64,000 bases of DNA, taken from NCBI GenBank assembly GCA_905178155.1, contig CAJINV010000011.1:705982-769981 (forward strand). The letters are read 5' to 3'. Made by a program: the position numbers and the translations under genes. Position 1 is the stretch's first letter, and each line of letters begins with the position of its first letter. The notes under the pieces were generated by a model that saw nothing but the letters and a program-made list of their open reading frames with translations, did no database searches and had not been told where the DNA came from. Source of the DNA: Amoebophrya sp. A120. Taxonomy: Eukaryota; Protista; Dinoflagellata. This document shows positions 61,866 to 64,000 of the stretch, piece after piece.

Positions 61866-64000
61866 ATGATGGCAGGTGGAAAGATGAAACTCAAATTTTT
61901 CATCGGTATCGCCTTCGTGCTGGCCATACTAACCACTTTGACTTTCCTTACATCAACGCTGTACTCACCCTCGTTCCTTCTCCCGGTCGTTTCCGCGATT
62001 CCCTTCATCGACGGTCCGCACCCGCTGCATTGTCCGGAAAAGTTCGAAGAGCTCTATGAGGCGGTGCAGATGGGCGCCAATCTGTACAACCAGAACGAGA
62101 TCCGCCAGGCTAAGCAGGTTTTGACCACCTACATCCAGAAGTGGGCGAACACCGACCCGTTAGTGGGGATGGAGTGCGCTTTGGGTATGGCGTCTGCGTA
62201 CCGAACGCTCACCTTCAGCTACTGTGCAAACCCGAGGACGAACAATAGGCGCGCGTACCAGATAGGACTGAGGATACTCCACCAGGCGATGAACTGGATC
62301 ACGCACGTGTTTGTGAAGTCGCAACACGACGCCGACATGATTGACGGGAGTAAGTGGCCGATAACCATCCAGCAGATCAACGACGAACTGACGATCATAC
62401 AAAATGTGTTGAAGCAGGACGGTATTCAGAACGGGCACCAGATCCATCCGCGGTTCGCGCCAGGGTTGATCCCGCTCTCGTTTCAGCCGAAGAGCGACGC
62501 GGGCTGGGTGTCAGCGGGGAGCACGCCGAAGCACAACATCAGAATCGTCAGCCTTTGCGCCTACCCGGACGACCACGTGTTGCCAAGGTATAGGATTGGT
62601 TTATTGATGAAATCTGAACGTTGGTGAACAAAAAGCTCGAGGTGAAGGTCGTGAAGAAAGCTGCGTCGATCGATCAATCGCGCAAGGACCACAGGTTATG
62701 CTCATTCAAGATCGCCTTCGCCGCACAACGCGTTGCATCATGCAGCGCGTTTTTGTGCATGTGCGTCTTTGCATGAAGCTTAGACACAAGAACCAAGACC
62801 ACCAAATTACATCAGGTACGCCACGTCAAATCACCAGATCTATGCGAAGAAGCACGGCTACAGCTACTACGTCGAGAAAAACCGCTTAGACCCCAACCGG
62901 CCGCACGCGTGGGGCAAGATCAAACTCGTCGAGCAACAACTTTTAGAGCCGAACGGCCCGGAGTGGGTGATGTGGTTCGATTGCGACACCTATTTCATGA
63001 ACATGACTGTCACCATCGAGTCCGTCCTGTACCGCTACGCCGGGATACCGAAGGACGAGCTCAATCAGGTGAAATCCAACCAGCCGCGATTCGAAACGAA
63101 AGCAAAGATCCACAACACCAACGACATCATCCTCGACCCGAGTGTGCACATGATCATTGCGGAAGACAATGCGATGCTGAATTCCGGGACCTTTTTCATC
63201 CGCAAGTCCGAGTGGAGCATCAATCTGATGCGGACGGTGTGGGGGGACGCAAAGACCAGTCCCTGGGTAGACCACCCCTGGTGGGAAAACGCGGCGTTGA
63301 CATGGTACGTATGAAGGGTTATGTTGTTTATTTCGAAAAATGCATCCTAACCTCCCCGCCTCTCATTTGCGGAAATTTTTCTTGACAAAATCAAACCGAA
63401 AGTTCAGTGAGGCCTAAACACGCATTGAACATTCAAAAACAAAAACAGGAACTTCCTCAAAGACGTGCCCGTCACGTTCGTAGAGGACGAATCACTGGAA
63501 ACGTGGCCCACCCTGTCCTCCGGTGGAGCAGCGGGAATCCAACTGGGCGGCGCGATGAACAACGCGCCGCAACAAAGAAGCTTCTCCTCCCTTCCCGAAG
63601 AGGAACGAAACTACTGGATATCCAAGGAGATGGAGAACATTTACACGCCGGAAGTCCGCATAGCCCCCCAGCACATCTTCAACAGCTACCACCCAGTAAC
63701 CAGCAGGTTTCAGCACGACACCTGGGAGGCGGGAAAGTACTTTTCGGGTTGTGTGGTTTTATTGCATGAGAGATTTTTGCGCCATGGGAGTTTAGCATGA
63801 CAAAGACAAGTTTTTACAACCTCTCAAACACAACTGTATCAGGTACGTGCTTGCGTTCAACGGTGTTCTGAGCTCCACCAGCCCCACCGTGATCCGTATC
63901 CTGTACGGAAACTATTACCGGGAGGCCTGTAAGCTCAACAATGTAGAATCCGAATGCATACCGGTGGTCGAGACCCTCCCCTGGCTGCAGAGTCACGAGT
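61866..64000 (+). CDS. GT34 (GMA12/MNN10-like) glycosyltransferase, type II membrane protein, 3'-truncated
   Basis: N-terminal TM anchor; NHQIYAKKHGY, HAWGKI, EWVMWFDCD (DxD), LNSGTFFIRKSEWS, WWENAAL, FNSY. GT-AG introns 62588-62815, 63305-63448, 63737-63842. Confidence 0.85.

Noticed and set aside
1-64000. Autonomous transposase, dinoflagellate spliced-leader relic, tRNA or rRNA genes
   Set aside because: None recognised by eye; a covariance-model or HMM search would be needed to exclude divergent copies.

Overview
Eukaryotic genomic DNA. The architecture matches the parasitic dinoflagellate Amoebophrya (Syndiniales); this assignment is inferred from architecture, not from a search. All eight supported protein-coding genes lie on the + strand: a >=5,500-aa protein with a dispersed RluA-type pseudouridine synthase domain (<1-24145), a membrane protein with a CRAL-TRIO-like C-terminus, a Mip-like FKBP, a 4-RRM hnRNP A1/Musashi-like protein, a small membrane protein, a Frag1/DRAM-like membrane protein, a large low-complexity coiled-coil protein and a GT34 glycosyltransferase. 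The coding regions are interrupted by 30 short (166-393 bp) terminal-inverted-repeat introner elements from several families. They share 5'-TAT...ATA-3' ends (one ends ACA), a 5-bp target-site duplication (TSD) and internal TGTnATGC boxes. Removing any of the 29 complete copies plus one TSD restores the reading frame, mostly without GT-AG sites and in either orientation. Further observations: neighbouring elements are repeatedly 49-57 bp apart; one duplicated exon gives an empty/filled site pair; a 994-bp TIR element has a 38-bp TSD; and five 0.6-2 kb compositionally foreign, mostly very GC-rich, inserts are each bracketed by a long direct duplication of host sequence. No transposase, rRNA, tRNA or CRISPR array was recognised. 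Exon joins were checked by hand and have no transcript support.
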